Shown here: piece after piece, positions 23,863 through 37,597 of the stretch
Numbering within the stretch: position 1 is the first letter of the stretch
How the letters are laid out: every line of letters starts with the position of its first letter
Source: Octopus bimaculoides
Lineage: Eukaryota
Length of the DNA: 64,000 nucleotides
Direction: 5' to 3'
Assembly (NCBI RefSeq): GCF_001194135.2
Contig: NC_068989.1
Location: 29,101,987-29,165,986, forward strand
The notes under the pieces: model-generated
Seen by the model: only the letters and a program-made list of their open reading frames with translations
Databases searched by the model: none
What the model was told of the DNA's origin: nothing
Made by a program: the position numbers and the translations under genes

Positions 23863-25379
23863 TGTCTCTCATACATTTGCCTACCAAAAAGCCCATTTTT
23901 AGTCAGCACCAAATTCCAGTGAGGCAGATAAAGCAATATGTATTGACAAAATATATTAACAGCCTGTAATTAATATACACACTAAAGCATTCATAGAGAA
24001 ACTTGTAGTTCCATGATCTTTGAATCCTAAAGTGTCTTATTTATTAAAGACACTTTAGGATTTGGGGATTTTGTTCAAGTTTTTTCCACTATGAATATGA
24101 GGTGTAATCATTTAATATAAAATATTTAAGCAGAGAAAGAGAGAGGTGGGGAGGTTTGTGATAACTACTTTTGGCTGAAGGGTTTAGTCTGCAAAAGAAA
24201 ATAACTGTTCTCATTGTTTAGCTCAATCCTGATTGTGCAAACATTTGATAGAGGATGTTCCAGTTGTGGCCATTCCAGTTTATTTTAGACAAAGAGTATT
24301 TGGGAAGGTTGTAGCTAAAATAGCTTTTATCAAGAGTTTCCTCAATCATGGCTGCCTTGGAGATAAACAGCAATAACAACTATGAACATGAGACAAATTT
24401 AAACTTGGGGAATAAAGTATTTTGCCCAATAGGACACACACACACACACATTTTAATTTTCTCGACAGTGACTTTGAAGTTTCCCTCTGGTTCAACTGGA
24501 GAATTTTAAAAAGTCATCACCACTAAGACTTTGAAGTCATTGCCAATAATATTTTATAAACTCAACTTTACTGAACAGTTTATGATTGACTCAATGTTTG
24601 CTTTTATGCCTAGAAAACATTTATTTTTTAATACCTAATTTATTATACAAAGGATGGTACAATCGTAAATCAATAACTGAGATACTTATTCAAATATATT
24701 CTTACTCAAACATGAATAAGGTAAGTCATCCTGCCTCTAGGTTGAAATTTGCGTATAGATATATGGGCTTTTGTTTGGAAATCGCTGTATGATGAATGAA
24801 AGAAATTCACAATATGGTAAACTGCCAATTTAAGAAAATCTGCCACCTTCAATGTCATGTGAAGATGTGGGAAGTTACCAAAAATAATCTGACACAGTAA
24901 AAGTGCCAATGTTCTCTGCTATGTTTGTGAGGAACTACTAAATCATGTCATTTATTTCATATTCATTTCAGCAAATAGAAAAGGGCATGATGTCAAACTA
25001 AGATTTATATTCAAAGCTGGAGTTTATATCAGTCAATTAATCAATCAATTAAATATCTAATAAAGTGCAACATCATTTATTTTATCATATCCTGCTTATG
25101 TTGTTACAGAAAACATATTGCTCAATGCAATAAAAACAAGAGATGGTGTTTGAGATGGATGTAGTGAATATCAGTTAGGAGAGGTTTGAGAGAAATAGGA
25201 GCAGGTCAAAGAGGAAGAGGAGGTGATAAGAGACAGTAATAAGGACACAATGTGAAGTGCAGGGAAATAAATGGCATCATTTATACCACCTGAGTGAATA
25301 GTGCTGCAGTTAAGAGTGATGGAAGAGTGGGTGTCAGAAGATAAGTTGTTGGGGAAAGGCTTGACAAAACCTCATTTTG

Positions 25380-26370
25380 GGGTAGGTTTTCTCAACCACA
25401 GAATACTGCCATTCAGTTCAGTTGTTTGTTATCTCCTATGTAAGGATCAATTTCTTCAGGTCAGTCTTCATCACTTCATCTCATGTTTTCCTATATCTCA
25501 CTCTTCTACAGGTTCTGTCCACATTTAGTGATCAGCAATTCTTTATGTTGCCCTCATCTATCTGCATCACATGACCATACCAGCAGTCGTCTCTCTTGCA
25601 CATCTGATACCTTTAACATCCTATATTTTTCTTAACACATTTGTACTTTGTTGTACATGCACACTGATGTTTACATCCAATAGATGAGGCTAGCTTCATT
25701 TCTTTTGCAGTGTTCACATGTTTTCTGCATTTATGGCCCAAGTTTCATAACCATATAGCAGTGCAGTTTGTACACAAGGGCTATACAATCTTCCTTTCAC
25801 TCTGAGAGATAGCCTCTTTGTTACCAATAGAAATAATAGCTCCCTGAATTTTCTCTTGCCCGTTCTTTTTCTAGCAACCATACTTTCAGCATATCTCCCT
25901 CCACAACTAATTAGGTCACCTGCATAACAGAAACAAGCTACTCCTTTTAAAGATCCCCTTGCACATTTGAAGAAATCTATTTCTTGTGTGCTTCTAGTGT
26001 CTACTGCACCTAAACATTTACTACAAACAAAGTCCACTTTCTCTGTTAACCTTCCTGTGATTCCACAGTTTAAACTATGAATACAGAGTTTTCAGTGAGT
26101 ATAGTGCTTGGAATTTCTACTTATACTCTTCTACATATCAAACAGGGTCATTTACCTGAAGGGATGAGTGTCCTGTCTGTTTTCCGGCTAACAAGAATGA
26201 AGGTCTTTATTAAGTTAAATTTAAGGCCCTTTGATTCCAGGTTTTGCTTCCACACCTGGAATTTCATTTCTGATTCTATCACACTTCTCATTATAAGAAC
26301 AAGGTCATCAGCATAGAGGAGTTCCCAAAGGCAGCTGGTCTTAAATTCCTGTTATGGACTGATAACACAT
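25380..26370 (-). mobile_element. RTE LINE 3' fragment
   Basis: LYADDL region and RLSLRVKGRLYSPCVQTALLYGYETW, colinear with 14.4-15.6 kb. Confidence 0.85.
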
Positions 26371-28220
26371 CTTTGGTGAATGCCACTGCTGCCACCACCA
26401 CCACCACCATCATCATATAATGTTTGTTTTCTATATTGGCAAGCCAGAGAGCTGCAGCAGGCTCTAATTGTTTGTTTGGGCATAGTTACTACAGCTGAAT
26501 GCCCTTCCTTGTGCCAATCATTTTAGACTGTACTGGATGCTTTATATGCAGCACCAGCACAGGTGTTTTTTATAAGGCACCAGCAGGAGTGGCATCAGCA
26601 GGAGTGCTTTTTATGACACCAACAAGGGTGTTTTTTTTTATAAAGCATCAAGACCCATGAGCTCGTATGACACCCCTCAGTTGAGAGAGGGAGTGGAGTA
26701 GAGAGATTAGAGTATGAGAGAGGTAGCCCTTTTATTATTGAGGAGATACTTGGCTACCTCAGTAGGACAGGGAAGAGGAGGAAGGTGGGAGAGAGTTAGA
26801 CAGAGAAATAGAGAGACAGTCAGCGTAAGAGAGAGAGGGCCTGCGCACAGGGAACAGTGGGAGTAATATGAGTAGTAGAGGGAAGGAGGGGAATATTCCA
26901 TAAGAGTGTGGGGAAGATGTTTAGAGATAGCAAGTGATGGTGAGAGGAATTGGGGTGGCTGTGGAGATAGCAAATGATGGTGAGAGAAATTGAAGTGGGT
27001 GAAATGGGGGGGTAGTAGGTATGTGCAGGGATGGAGAGTGTGCAGATAAGTGTGTGAGGGATATGGTGGGGCCTGCAGTGGGGTGTGTGTAGAGAAGATG
27101 GGTTGTGAGGGAGTTTGACAGAGGATAAAATTATGTCTATACATGTATGGCTATGATTTTACTTAGCTTGATGTGTCTTCTCAAACACAGTAACTAACCA
27201 GAATCTTGGTGCCTTGTCATTTTCTTAATGAGGCCCACTTTGTCACATGTCTTCCAGAGTTTACCCTCCCACAAGTTCCCTCCACAATTAAAGATCAGCA
27301 CCTCTTTATGTATTACATGACCATACCAACACAGTTGTCTCTTTGCACACTACATCTGATGCCTCTTATACACAATTTTTCTCCTAGAACATTTACACTC
27401 AGTTGTACATGTACACTAATGTTACTCATCCAGCAGAGCATGCTGCCTTCATTTCTTTCAAGCGTTTGCACATCCTCTGTAGCTGCAACTCATGTTTCAC
27501 TGCCATGTAGCATAGCTGCATGTACATAGGCATCATACAATCTGCCTTTCACTCTGAGGGAGAGTCCCCTTTGTTACTAACCTATTCTTTTTCTAGTAAC
27601 TACACTTTCAGAATTTCCTCCCCAACTGCTAACTTGGTTGCCTAGGTAATGAAAGCTATCTACTATTACTAAGGATGCCCAGGACTTTTGAGGAAGTCTA
27701 TTCTCTGGACATACTTAGTGTTTATTGTACCTGCACATCTGTCACACACAAAGACTACTTTCTCTGTTAATCGTCCTGTGATACTACTGCACTTCCGATG
27801 TGTCCATGGCTGGCACTGGATACACACTATGGAGATTCCACCAACACCTTTTCTACATATTGAGCATGGCCATGTTCTGAAGGGATTTGTGATTTGTCTG
27901 TTTTCCTACTTACTAGGACTTTGTTTTTTTCCGAATTATCTCTAAGGCCCTTAAATTCCAGACTTTATTTCCACATGAAATTTCTTCTCTAGTTCAGGAC
28001 ATAAGGAGCAGCCAGTCTTAAATTCCTCTGTTATGGCCTTGAGGACTATGATGAAAAAGAATGGGGTTGAAAACCGATCTGTGGAGAACTCCTACCTGTA
28101 CACTAAATTCTTTGCTATACTCATTGCTAACAGCATCTCAGCAGATAGTGTGAACAGCTCTCGCTAACCACACCTCTATCCCTAGCTTCTGCATTTCGTA
28201 CAAGATTAAGATGTAGGGGA

Positions 28221-28384
28221 TGTTAATAAGATGTAAGGGAGATAACTCTTATAATGATCTGCCTTTGTAGAACTAAGTGTGGAAGGAAGACATATATTGA
28301 GTGAGTGAACAAAGAAGAGAGAAAAACAGTGAGCATAGATTATCTTTCAACAGTTTTTAAAGCGTGTTTATCAGTGGTAGCAGA
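28221..28384 (+). promoter_or_regulatory. 153-bp LTR (28221-28373) plus tRNAiMet primer-binding site TGGTAGCAGA (28375-28384)
   Basis: TG..CA ends; the last 32 nt recur at 31127-31158 (29/32 identical); the PBS starts one base after the LTR. Confidence 0.7.
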
Positions 28385-31158
28385 ACATTCTGTGACTGGT
28401 AGACTTCACTCACCTATCCCACAAATATTTTCTAAGACTTTCCTATAGTATATTGCTGATTCCAATCCTTCCTGCAAGCTTAAGACTTCAGCAGATATAG
28501 TGGATCAAACTATTCCTTTGATTTTATTGGATTTCTGGTAGATTGGACAACAGTTTCCAAGACGATCTTTAATTCACAACAGGTGTGCTCCAGTACTCCC
28601 TTTGCCATTGTTTATATTCATTAAAGCTGCATCGTTGAATAGGAATATTTCCCAGTCTTCTGTAGGCTTTCCTTGCAGGGATGGGAATGACTGAACAAGC
28701 TTTATAACCTTCAATTTCCCCACTAAATCAGCAACAGATGTTTCTGGCAGTTTTGTACTTAGATCAATTAATTCAAAGGCCATGTCTGGATGTGACCCTG
28801 TACCACCCAGTTCAAGTGACCAACTAACTTCCTGAACTGGGACTGTTCACCTGCATTCAGTTGAGATTGTTTCTCAGATGCATGTATAGGATCTAGTTGT
28901 GGATGATCCAATTTCTGCACATATGCCAAATGATTAAGTGTTATTACATCTGTTCTTTGCTGTATCTGGAAATCGGTGTACCTGAAGTTTCCTTTCTCAA
29001 CTTTACCTGCTAGAAATCGCTGTCTGAGTGCATAATATTTCATCAAACATCTTCTCACCTGCATTGAGAAAATCATCAACATGACCACATATGATTCCAA
29101 GCAGATTTCCACCTTTTGTCAATGTGAACATGACAGTAACCAAATTTAACTGTTTACATTCTAATTTAATAAGTTCATCTTTCATGCTCAAATAAAACTG
29201 TCTTGCACTCTCCTTAAGCCCGTATAATCCATATTTGAGTTTTCAGACAGAACTTTTCTGTGTGTCACTTCCTACAGTAGTTGCCTTGTAAAAAAAACTG
29301 ACTTCATGTCTGTGGTTTTTACATTGCAATTTTTACTTGAGGCAAGAGTAAGAAATATTCTCATAACTCCTTTTCCTACAGTCAGGCTATTCTTAGGTAT
29401 AAATAACAGTTCCTCAAACCCTTGTGCCACAAGGCGAGCTCTGATGCTACCATCTTTACCTGTAATCACCCACCTTATGGTATTTTGTCTACAATCATTC
29501 ATTTCCTCATATGTTTCAAACTCTCACAGCTTTTGTAATTTGGCTTGTTTGGCTATTACACTGCTTGGATTACTATCATCCACAGTAACATGTATTTCCA
29601 CAGGTTACAGTGTGTCCAAACTTTTCCACTCTACATAGCCTAAATCAATGCATTGCATTTCATTGTTGACCTCATTGTAAACATTATACCATTTTTTATT
29701 CCTTCCTGTTGTTTTGCCTGCTCTGCTTAATATTGTAGCATCTGTCCATTCCTCAGACTCTGGCAGTTTATATTGAATGCATTGATTCACTCCGATATGA
29801 TTCTATTCTTTGCAGTGTGGATGTCCTCCATCACTATCATCTTTAGGACTATTGTCACTTTTATGGTCATGTGAAGTATCTACACCTCCTTCTTCTAACA
29901 CATTCAGTTGATCTTTTGAGATGCATAGCTGGCTGCTTGCAGAGTTTGTGTCATTGTCATTGTCATCTACCTCTGGATAACTTTCTTTTGTTTATCCGCC
30001 TACTTTGCATAGTCTGTTAGGTGACATTCTGACAAATACACTACCATGTCTAACAAACATGACTTTACCATCCTGAAAAACTACTTTACCAGGACCTAAC
30101 CACCACTCCTTTCCTTCTCTTTTGTAAAACACATTATCACCATTTTCATATATCTGTTCTGCTGCTCTCACTTTTGACCTCAAAGCCTGCCTAATCCTTC
30201 CACTAGCTTCCATTTGTTTGAATGCCTTCCGTGCCTCATGCAAAGCATTCAGATGTTTGAAGAATGTTTCACTGGTTGTGCTTCCCTCTAAAGCAGGTAA
30301 CTCTGCTTGCATTATATTTGGTACATTTGGGTTCTTGCCAAATACTAACTGGTGGCTACTGAAACCATTCCACATTTGCACTGAGTTCTTTGCCATGTTA
30401 GCCCAGGTCAACAGAGTATCAGAATCCACTTGTGAATTGTCTGCTGCTAGTTTCTCCAACATCATATCAGTGATGGCATGGACACACTCACACAAACCAT
30501 TCCAGCCATGGTACAAACACATATATTTAGGATTGAAATGATCTCACGCATTTCTTCAGAGTTGAACTGTCCTCCATTATCCATCATCAATGCCCCATGA
30601 CTTCAAACACGCCAATCCAGTTTTTCATCAAAGCATTACTCATATCACTAGGTCTCTTTCAAGCAATGAAAACTGACACTGTGTATCAGGACCACATGTC
30701 AGTTATATTTAGTATCCACTGACCTCTATACTGCTTGAAATCCATTGCTACTGTTTCATTAAATTCTCTAGCCATTTGTAATGCCACTACTGGTCGAGGT
30801 GGAGTTTTGGCATACGCTTTACTAAGTTCACACTTTGCTTCTATTTCCGACAGGTCTTCATCATAATTCTCATTCCATGCCCCAGCATCCTTTAATAAGG
30901 TTTCAAGTCTTTTCTTTGGAGGATGAGCAAACTGTCAATGGGGCTTTAACAAGTTTGTCCTACGTTTACCTGGACCAAGCTTTTCAATCGTTACATCATT
31001 CATTTCTTTTATAGAAAATATTTCTGTTTTGCTGATCAGAATGCATTAATAACCTGATGAAATAAGATTTAATGCTATGTTCTTCCCCATAATTACAGCT
31101 GTGTCATTTTCCAAGTCCATTTTTACATCTTTCAACAGTTATTAAAGTGTGTTCATCA
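28221..31158. mobile_element. Ty1/Copia LTR retrotransposon relic, probably GalEa-like, rearranged
   Basis: Minus-strand pol in Copia order: PR (MDLENDTAV), IN (MDNGGQFNSEEM, WLGPGKV), RT (RARLVAQGFEE, HVDDF), RH (FNDAA, LSLQEGLESAIYY). TG...CA ends with gggga/aggga flanks (4/5 TSD). Confidence 0.88.
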
Positions 31159-33539
31159 AGGGACTCTATCCAAAGCTTTTTCCATGTCAAAAAAAAAAAC
31201 CAAGTACAGAGGTTTATTTGGGGTAAATGCTTCTGCAGTTGCCTCACCAGGGAGGTAACATTAGTAGTATTTCACCCTGGCACAAAACCAAACTCATCCA
31301 GGCTCCCTTCCTAATAAGTTGAGCAATGACCCTTTCATCACCTGGTCCAGTAATTTGATACATCTGTAATTATTTCTGTCTAAGGCATCACCTTCACTTC
31401 TGTAGCAGTTGACTAAAATGCTGCCACACTAGTTGTTGGGTATGACTCCCTCATGGACAACCTGATAAACTATATGGGTGACTTAGCCGTATCCAATTCT
31501 GCTGGATATTTTAAGTATCTCAGCAATGATTCCTGATGGGCCAAGAGCTTTCCTTGCAATCAAAACATCTCAATCTTGTGGTTCTCATGCCACAGAACAT
31601 TGGCAAACTTCTTCCTTTCTACTATTCTCCTAACTTCCCTTCTAGCTACCTGATAAAGTTCTCTGCTACCACCACTCTTCTAGTCCTTCCAGGCTGGTTC
31701 TTCACTCTAATGGCTCTGTCTACCACATTGTTCCACCACCATGTCACCTTAGGTCTGGAAAGGTTTTTGCACCAGCCACAAATTTGGCCAGTATCCCTCA
31801 TCAAGTTGTCCCACGGGAATCTCCAGTTGTCTTCTACATTATATGCTACTATATCCTTCTCTTCATCAAATGCTTCAAGTAGAACATCCTTAAATCTCTG
31901 ACTATTCAGAAGATCCTTAAGCTTCCAAAGAAATCTTCTTTCCTGTTTTTTGGTGAGAATGTAGTCAATCCGGGTAGCGTGGCCACCAGACTGATAGGTA
32001 AACAGGTGACTGGCTGGTTTTTTGATGTTAGTATTGCAAATCATAAGGTCGTCTGCATCACAGAAATCCAGCAGCCTAGTTTCCTCCTCATTGTGGGAAC
32101 CAACTTTACAGTCGCTATGCACTTCATGGAAGTCACTTGGATGCTGCCCAACATGCCCATTGAAGTCACCAGCCATGAAAAGAAGGTCACTGTCATTTGT
32201 TGATGAGGTAATCTGCAAAAGAGTGTCATAAAATCAATCTTTCTGTTCAGTCCCAGTTGAGGAGTGTAGGCAGAATAATAGTTGCTCTTCCCACTTTGCA
32301 AAACTAGTCTGAGCTTAAGTATTCTATACTCTGGCTACCTCAATTACTTTATCAATCCACTTCTCAGCAAGAAGTATGCCCACACTATCAACCCTGTCAG
32401 TATTGGCCTAACCAGAAGATTTTATACCTATGTTCTTTGTCTGTGAGGAATGTGGCAGAAGCTCCCCTCCAGCTTATTTCTTGGATGCAACACACATCTA
32501 CATGCCTTTGTTCTAGCATCTCAACAATCTCACCAGATCTACCTTTCAATGTGCCTACATTGAATGTGCCAGTTCTAAGGGTGAGGAATGGACGGCAAGA
32601 AGGAACACAAGCATGTATCTGAAAAGAAGGTTTGCATGGACGTTTGCCAGACATATCATATAAGCTGATATAGGTTTCAATTTGCATTTAATTTACAATC
32701 ACTTATTCGCTTCACACTTGCTGCATCTACCAGGAGAAGAGGGTGTGGTATAGACCATTGCTTATACAAAGATAAAATAGTGCTGATAATTAACCCACCG
32801 GCAAGTATACTTGCCATATTTCCAATGCAAGCAAGTTAGCTATACCTTTTTACATTGTAGTACTGTGGATGCTAGTAAGCTGATGCCAGCAGGAGGGGAG
32901 AGGTGAAACAGAACTTTTTATACAGGTTTTCAATATAAAGAAAGGGTCCAAGAGAAAGACTTCTGGTATAGGTGGTGAGAGCAGGATGGGAGAGCACACA
33001 GTGAATGACCAAGACACATGGCTACCCCATGCCAGAAATAGAGTAGCAAGGGAGGCTGGATAAAATATTCAACAAGCTAAAAATGAAATTGCTAAAAAAT
33101 TAAATAGACAAGCAAACAGCTAACAAAATAGTATGGGATGACAGAGTATACATATTCATGACAGTATGGAAGAGAGCTAGCCTGGCACATTTTACTAGAA
33201 AAAATTCATTTAAATAAATAGCATTAAAACTGTGTGGTTTTAAACACAGGCATGCAGTTAAAATGAAACAAGATGACACTATAATTAAAACAAGAATAAA
33301 TTAAAATTTGGCCTATCTGAACATTTATCTATTCACCACAGACATTCAATGGCTAGGTAATCCACTGTGAGTGAAGTGAGGTAAATGAAACAATATTCAT
33401 GGAAGATGACAGGAAATTAGGGTCTTTTATGGTGCAAGTATAGCCATAAACTATGAACAACCAAGATGCATGGTTACCTTGTGCCAGAAACAGTAATAAG
33501 GGAGACAAAATAAAATATTCAGCAAACTAAAAATGAAAC

Positions 33540-35900
33540 TGCTCTGCATACTAAATCCATTGTTGTACTCATTGTTAATCCTCAACTTATTGACATCATC
33601 TCTGTACCTGGCTCAATAAGTCACACCAGCAATTCATCTACTCCTAGATTCCACAATGACCACCAGATCAGTGAGTGAGAGAACCTGTCAAAGGCTTTTT
33701 CCAGGTAGATGAATACCAAGTGTAGTGGTTGACCTTTGGCTAAATCTCCTGAAATTTCAGTACTAGGAAGAAAGTATCAGTAGTACTTCTTCCTGGCATG
33801 AAACCAAACTAGGCTCTAGCAATTTTATACCTCTGAAACTACTTCCCTTGACAGCATCTCCATTACCCTTGTATGACTATGATGTTGCAAGTAGCTGGTA
33901 ATCTGACTCCCAGTAATTTCACTTTCAATATTTTGACTCCAGTAATTTCACTGCCAGTCAATTTCCCTCCCAATATTAGAAAAAAAATGTTGAATAGAGA
34001 TAAAATAAAAAGTATATTAAAACAAAAATATTTCTAAAAGCTTCAGTAATAATGAAGGTTATGAGTGATTGCTCATAAAAAAAGCCATCTTATTTTCAGG
34101 ATTATATTGCCTAATAAATTATCTGCAGTCATTTGTTTATATCTTTATACTTTTTTCTTGGTCTCACAGGTCTCACCTCAATCAAATTCAACCTTTTTCA
34201 GTTGTGCCAAGTGTTCTTCCCTTTTCAATGCAGTAATTAATATCTATAGGTTTGGATCTGTGCAAGAACTTTGTAGTGCATTGTGATATCCCTCTAAATG
34301 ATTATCAGTGTGAAGCATATCCAATTCTGTTCTAAAGCGGACATTCCAACTATCAATAGCAAACAAAGAAGTTTTTTGTTGACTAATTCCTATGCATCCT
34401 ATGTACGATAATTCAAAATAGGACACAACTTCTTGTGGAAGATTGTCGTCATCTCCAAGATCTTCGAATTCATAAACCACATAATTGAGAGGAAGAAAAA
34501 CATCTGATTTTAATGCTAAACTCATTATCATGATGGTATCTTTCCTTAAAGCCAAATTCACATGCTTTTCTGTATACATTTTGAGATAGATGAAAAAGAC
34601 AACAAAAGATGGAAGCACTAGGAAAAACAGATAAAATGCTATTAATGCGAACTTTTTCAAAATCCATAACATTTTCAAGGCTTGGTCCTTGACGTAATTC
34701 ATTTAGCTTATTAAAAAGGCAGGTGTAAGTTTCTTGATTTTTGTTTGGAAGTAATGCAAACAATCATGGAACACACTAAATAAACCCACTTGAATATGAA
34801 GTGTGTACAACTGATAAAATATAGTCGGGGAGCACTTAAAAGTTCCACCACCAGCCCAGTGTTTTACATTCACTAAGTCATCAAGCCCTTTATCAGTTGC
34901 AAATGCAAGTAATCTGTCTACACCAGTTTCACCACTATCAAACTGCAAGTAAAGTTTGCCACTATCAAGGAACTTGTATTCATTAGGTATCTCATAATTA
35001 AATCGACTGAGGGATTGGAGTGGCACTTACTTTTGCTTGATGCCAGTTCCTTATATTGCGACTTACAGACAAAGAGGAGGGCATGTGAGCCATTTCATTT
35101 TCATCAAACTTTTCACAAGCAGTCACAATTAATGAAAGAGAAGATTCCTAGGAAGCAGCTGCTTGTGCCTTTAGGTTTGCCAAAATCTTGTGAACTTTGA
35201 GTTTTGGAGCACACAAAGAATGACAATGTTCACCAATCTTCATCGTGTGTCATAATGTGACCTCGCACTTTAAAGGACTTCATTTTGCATTTCCAATAAG
35301 TCATCATTTTGTTTCTGTGTTTCATATATGTAATTCATGTCACCCACGAACTTCCCTCTGCAGATACTGTTAAAAATGTGAGGCATGGTATACGCATATT
35401 TCTTTTTTAAGTAATGAATGAGGTAGGGATGGATCACAGGTAAACCTGTAAACTCTTTAAATAAAACACCCAAATGTGAAATGATACTGTCAGTTAGCTA
35501 AATTAAACAACTGAATGGAGAACTGAAATGATGCTTTCACTTAGCTGAATTATTCTGTAAATCAACAACAACAATAATAAGAGTTAATGAATTTCAACAT
35601 TTTTTTCTAATTCTAATTTAGGAGTGAAATTACCGGGGGAGGGGGATGTGGAGTTGACTGGCAGTCAAATTACTGGGGTCAAATTAACGGAGTCAAATTA
35701 CCCAGAACTGATGCTGCAATACAAGTTGTTGGGTATCATGCCTGCCTTACAACTTGATTGACTTATGTGTGACCAGGCCATGTCACACACCACCAGATAT
35801 TTTAAGCGTTTCAACATTAATACCTCATGAATCAGAGGCTTTCCCTGTATTCATATCCTTCATTGTTTTGTCTATCCCACTACCATCAGTAAGAATGGCT
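33540..35900 (-). mobile_element. RTE RT fragment interrupted by the MULE (33540-33890 and 35709-~35900)
   Basis: DKTMKDMNTGKA...LKISGGV upstream of the MULE; RGIKLL..FGFMPGRSTT..LEKAFDR downstream. Confidence 0.75.
33891..35708 (-). mobile_element. Mutator-like (MULE) DNA transposon with long TIRs and 11-bp TSD
   Basis: Transposase pieces GTFKCSPTIFYQLYTLH, ALLPNKNQETY, MDFE, CCLFHLSQ, NHLEGYHN. ~110-bp TIRs with gtaatttgact sub-repeats. TSD tgatgttgcaa (33880-33890) / tgatgctgcaa (35709-35719). Confidence 0.9.
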
Positions 35901-35999
35901 GGACCCTCCACTACCTAACAATCCTCTGTGCAACCTCCAAAAAAGCAGTCACTGTCCTACACTGCATCCACAATTTGTATCCTCTTAGAAGCAGTGCAT

Positions 36000-36640
36000 G
36001 CACCATCCACACATTTCCATGGTGGTGGCACTGTATCTTGTGACCTGGCTCTGTCTTTGGTGGCTGTTCTTTCTTGTCTTCAGGTGAGTGGAATGAGCAT
36101 TGCTCACATGGGATTTGAGATGAGTAAATCTGCAGCCTGTCCCAATGTCACCATGTCAGTAGGTACCCTTTCCATAGAACTTACAGCCTGGTTTGGCTTC
36201 CTTTTTACCAGAAGCATTGCCTTCACAAGTTCTATTTCATTTTCCTTTTGTTTCTTTACCCACCTTGGGCCTATCATCTATTCTTACATCAACGTCCTTG
36301 CTGGTGTCTTTGTCTTCATTCATTTTTCCTGGTGGATCTTTACTTTGCTGCTGTTGTTCTCCTCTACACATCTTCATCTTTGTTTCTTTGGTTTCTCCTG
36401 GTGAACCTTGGCTTTCTTTTCCTCAGACTTACAGTTGTTCAGGGTGATGGTATCTGCTTTATTTTGTTCCTTCCTTACAGCATCACTTTGATTCTTCTTA
36501 GATTCTATGGAGTCAGTAGTTTCATTTTCACTCTTTTGTGTTTTTGCCTCCTCTCTAAATATTTTATCTAGTAACTCCATGTGCAGTTGGATTAAGGCAT
36601 ATGAGTGAATGAACTCATTCTTTTTTTCTCTCAATTCGAG
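36000..36640 (-). pseudogene. Decayed ORF with a CCCH-like zinc finger, possibly LINE ORF1
   Basis: Charged low-complexity stretch followed by CKFYGKGTY*HGDIGTGCRFTHLK. Confidence 0.35.
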
Positions 36641-37441
36641 CTATGGTTCAGTAAAAGCCAAAGCTCTTCAGGGCCTCTGCAATGAAAGTGCTTGGCGGCA
36701 ATCCTTCCACAAGGTTCCATGTGAGGAGCATCATCTTACTTTCTTCAATTTGTCAGTTTCTCTGAATTTTGAATCTTATGCTGTCTTTCATGTAGTTTGC
36801 TTTGTTGAGGTCCATGTTGCTGAGATAGGGAGAAAAAACGTTTGGAAAAAGGGTGGGGGAGGGGAGAGACAGACAGACAGACAGATATGTAAAGGTAATG
36901 AAGAAAAGCAGAGCAAAAGACAGAGAGAGAAAGAGAGAGACAGAGAGGTGTAGAAGAAGCAGTGAAGAAAGCAGAGAGAAAAGAGAGATGTAAAGGTAGA
37001 GAGGGAAGGCAGAGAGAAAAAAGAGATGTAAAGGTAGTGAAGAAGAGCAAGGCTTCTTTCAGTTTCTGTCTGCTAAATTCACTCACAAAGCTTTAGTTGG
37101 TGTGGGGTTATAGTAGAAGACATTTGCCCAAGGTACCATGTAGGACTGAACCTAGAACCATGTGGTTGGGAAGCAAACTTCTTACCACACAACTATGCCT
37201 GTGCCTTTATTATATTTACAGTCCTTTTTCATCAAAAACAAGAAAAGCACAATTATAGTTTTTAAATTTTGATGCCAAGTCATCATATGGAATTTACAAT
37301 TTTGTCTGAAATTCGATCAGATCATAAACTGGTGTTATTGACCTTAATTGTGTAAACTTGCATTAATTATTTTTGCAATATTTGTTAAAAAGTTAATTTA
37401 CATCCCAAAACATAAAGAACTAAATAATGAAATTTACTTAC

Positions 37442-37597
37442 CTACAGCTTTCCGAACAATGTTTTCACTTTTTTTTTTTTTTTTCCATTTCCAAGGCTTA
37501 AATATTTTTCCTAAGGCTGCAAATTTACTTTTCCGTTCTGGAGGCGGTGTTTTTGGTCCTAATGAACTGGATTTCATTTCTCCATTTTTTCTCTTAT
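37442..37597 (-). CDS. PHACTR: PHACTR-family internal exon (N-terminal basic/NLS region)
   Basis: Minus strand: acceptor ttttgttctag| and donor G|gtaagt; 156 nt, phase 1-1. Translates (D)[51 protein letters not shown], matching the PHACTR motif [19 protein letters not shown]. No paralogue number can be assigned. Confidence 0.93.

Larger units (their letters stand above)
27170..32760 (-). mobile_element. Decayed RTE LINE split by the Copia insertion (27170-28220 and 31159-~32760)
   Basis: APE motifs (TFNVGTL, VDVCCIQE, MAGDFNGHVG, IDYILT) at 31.9-32.6 kb; the RT is continuous across the insertion at the DRVP motif. Confidence 0.88.
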
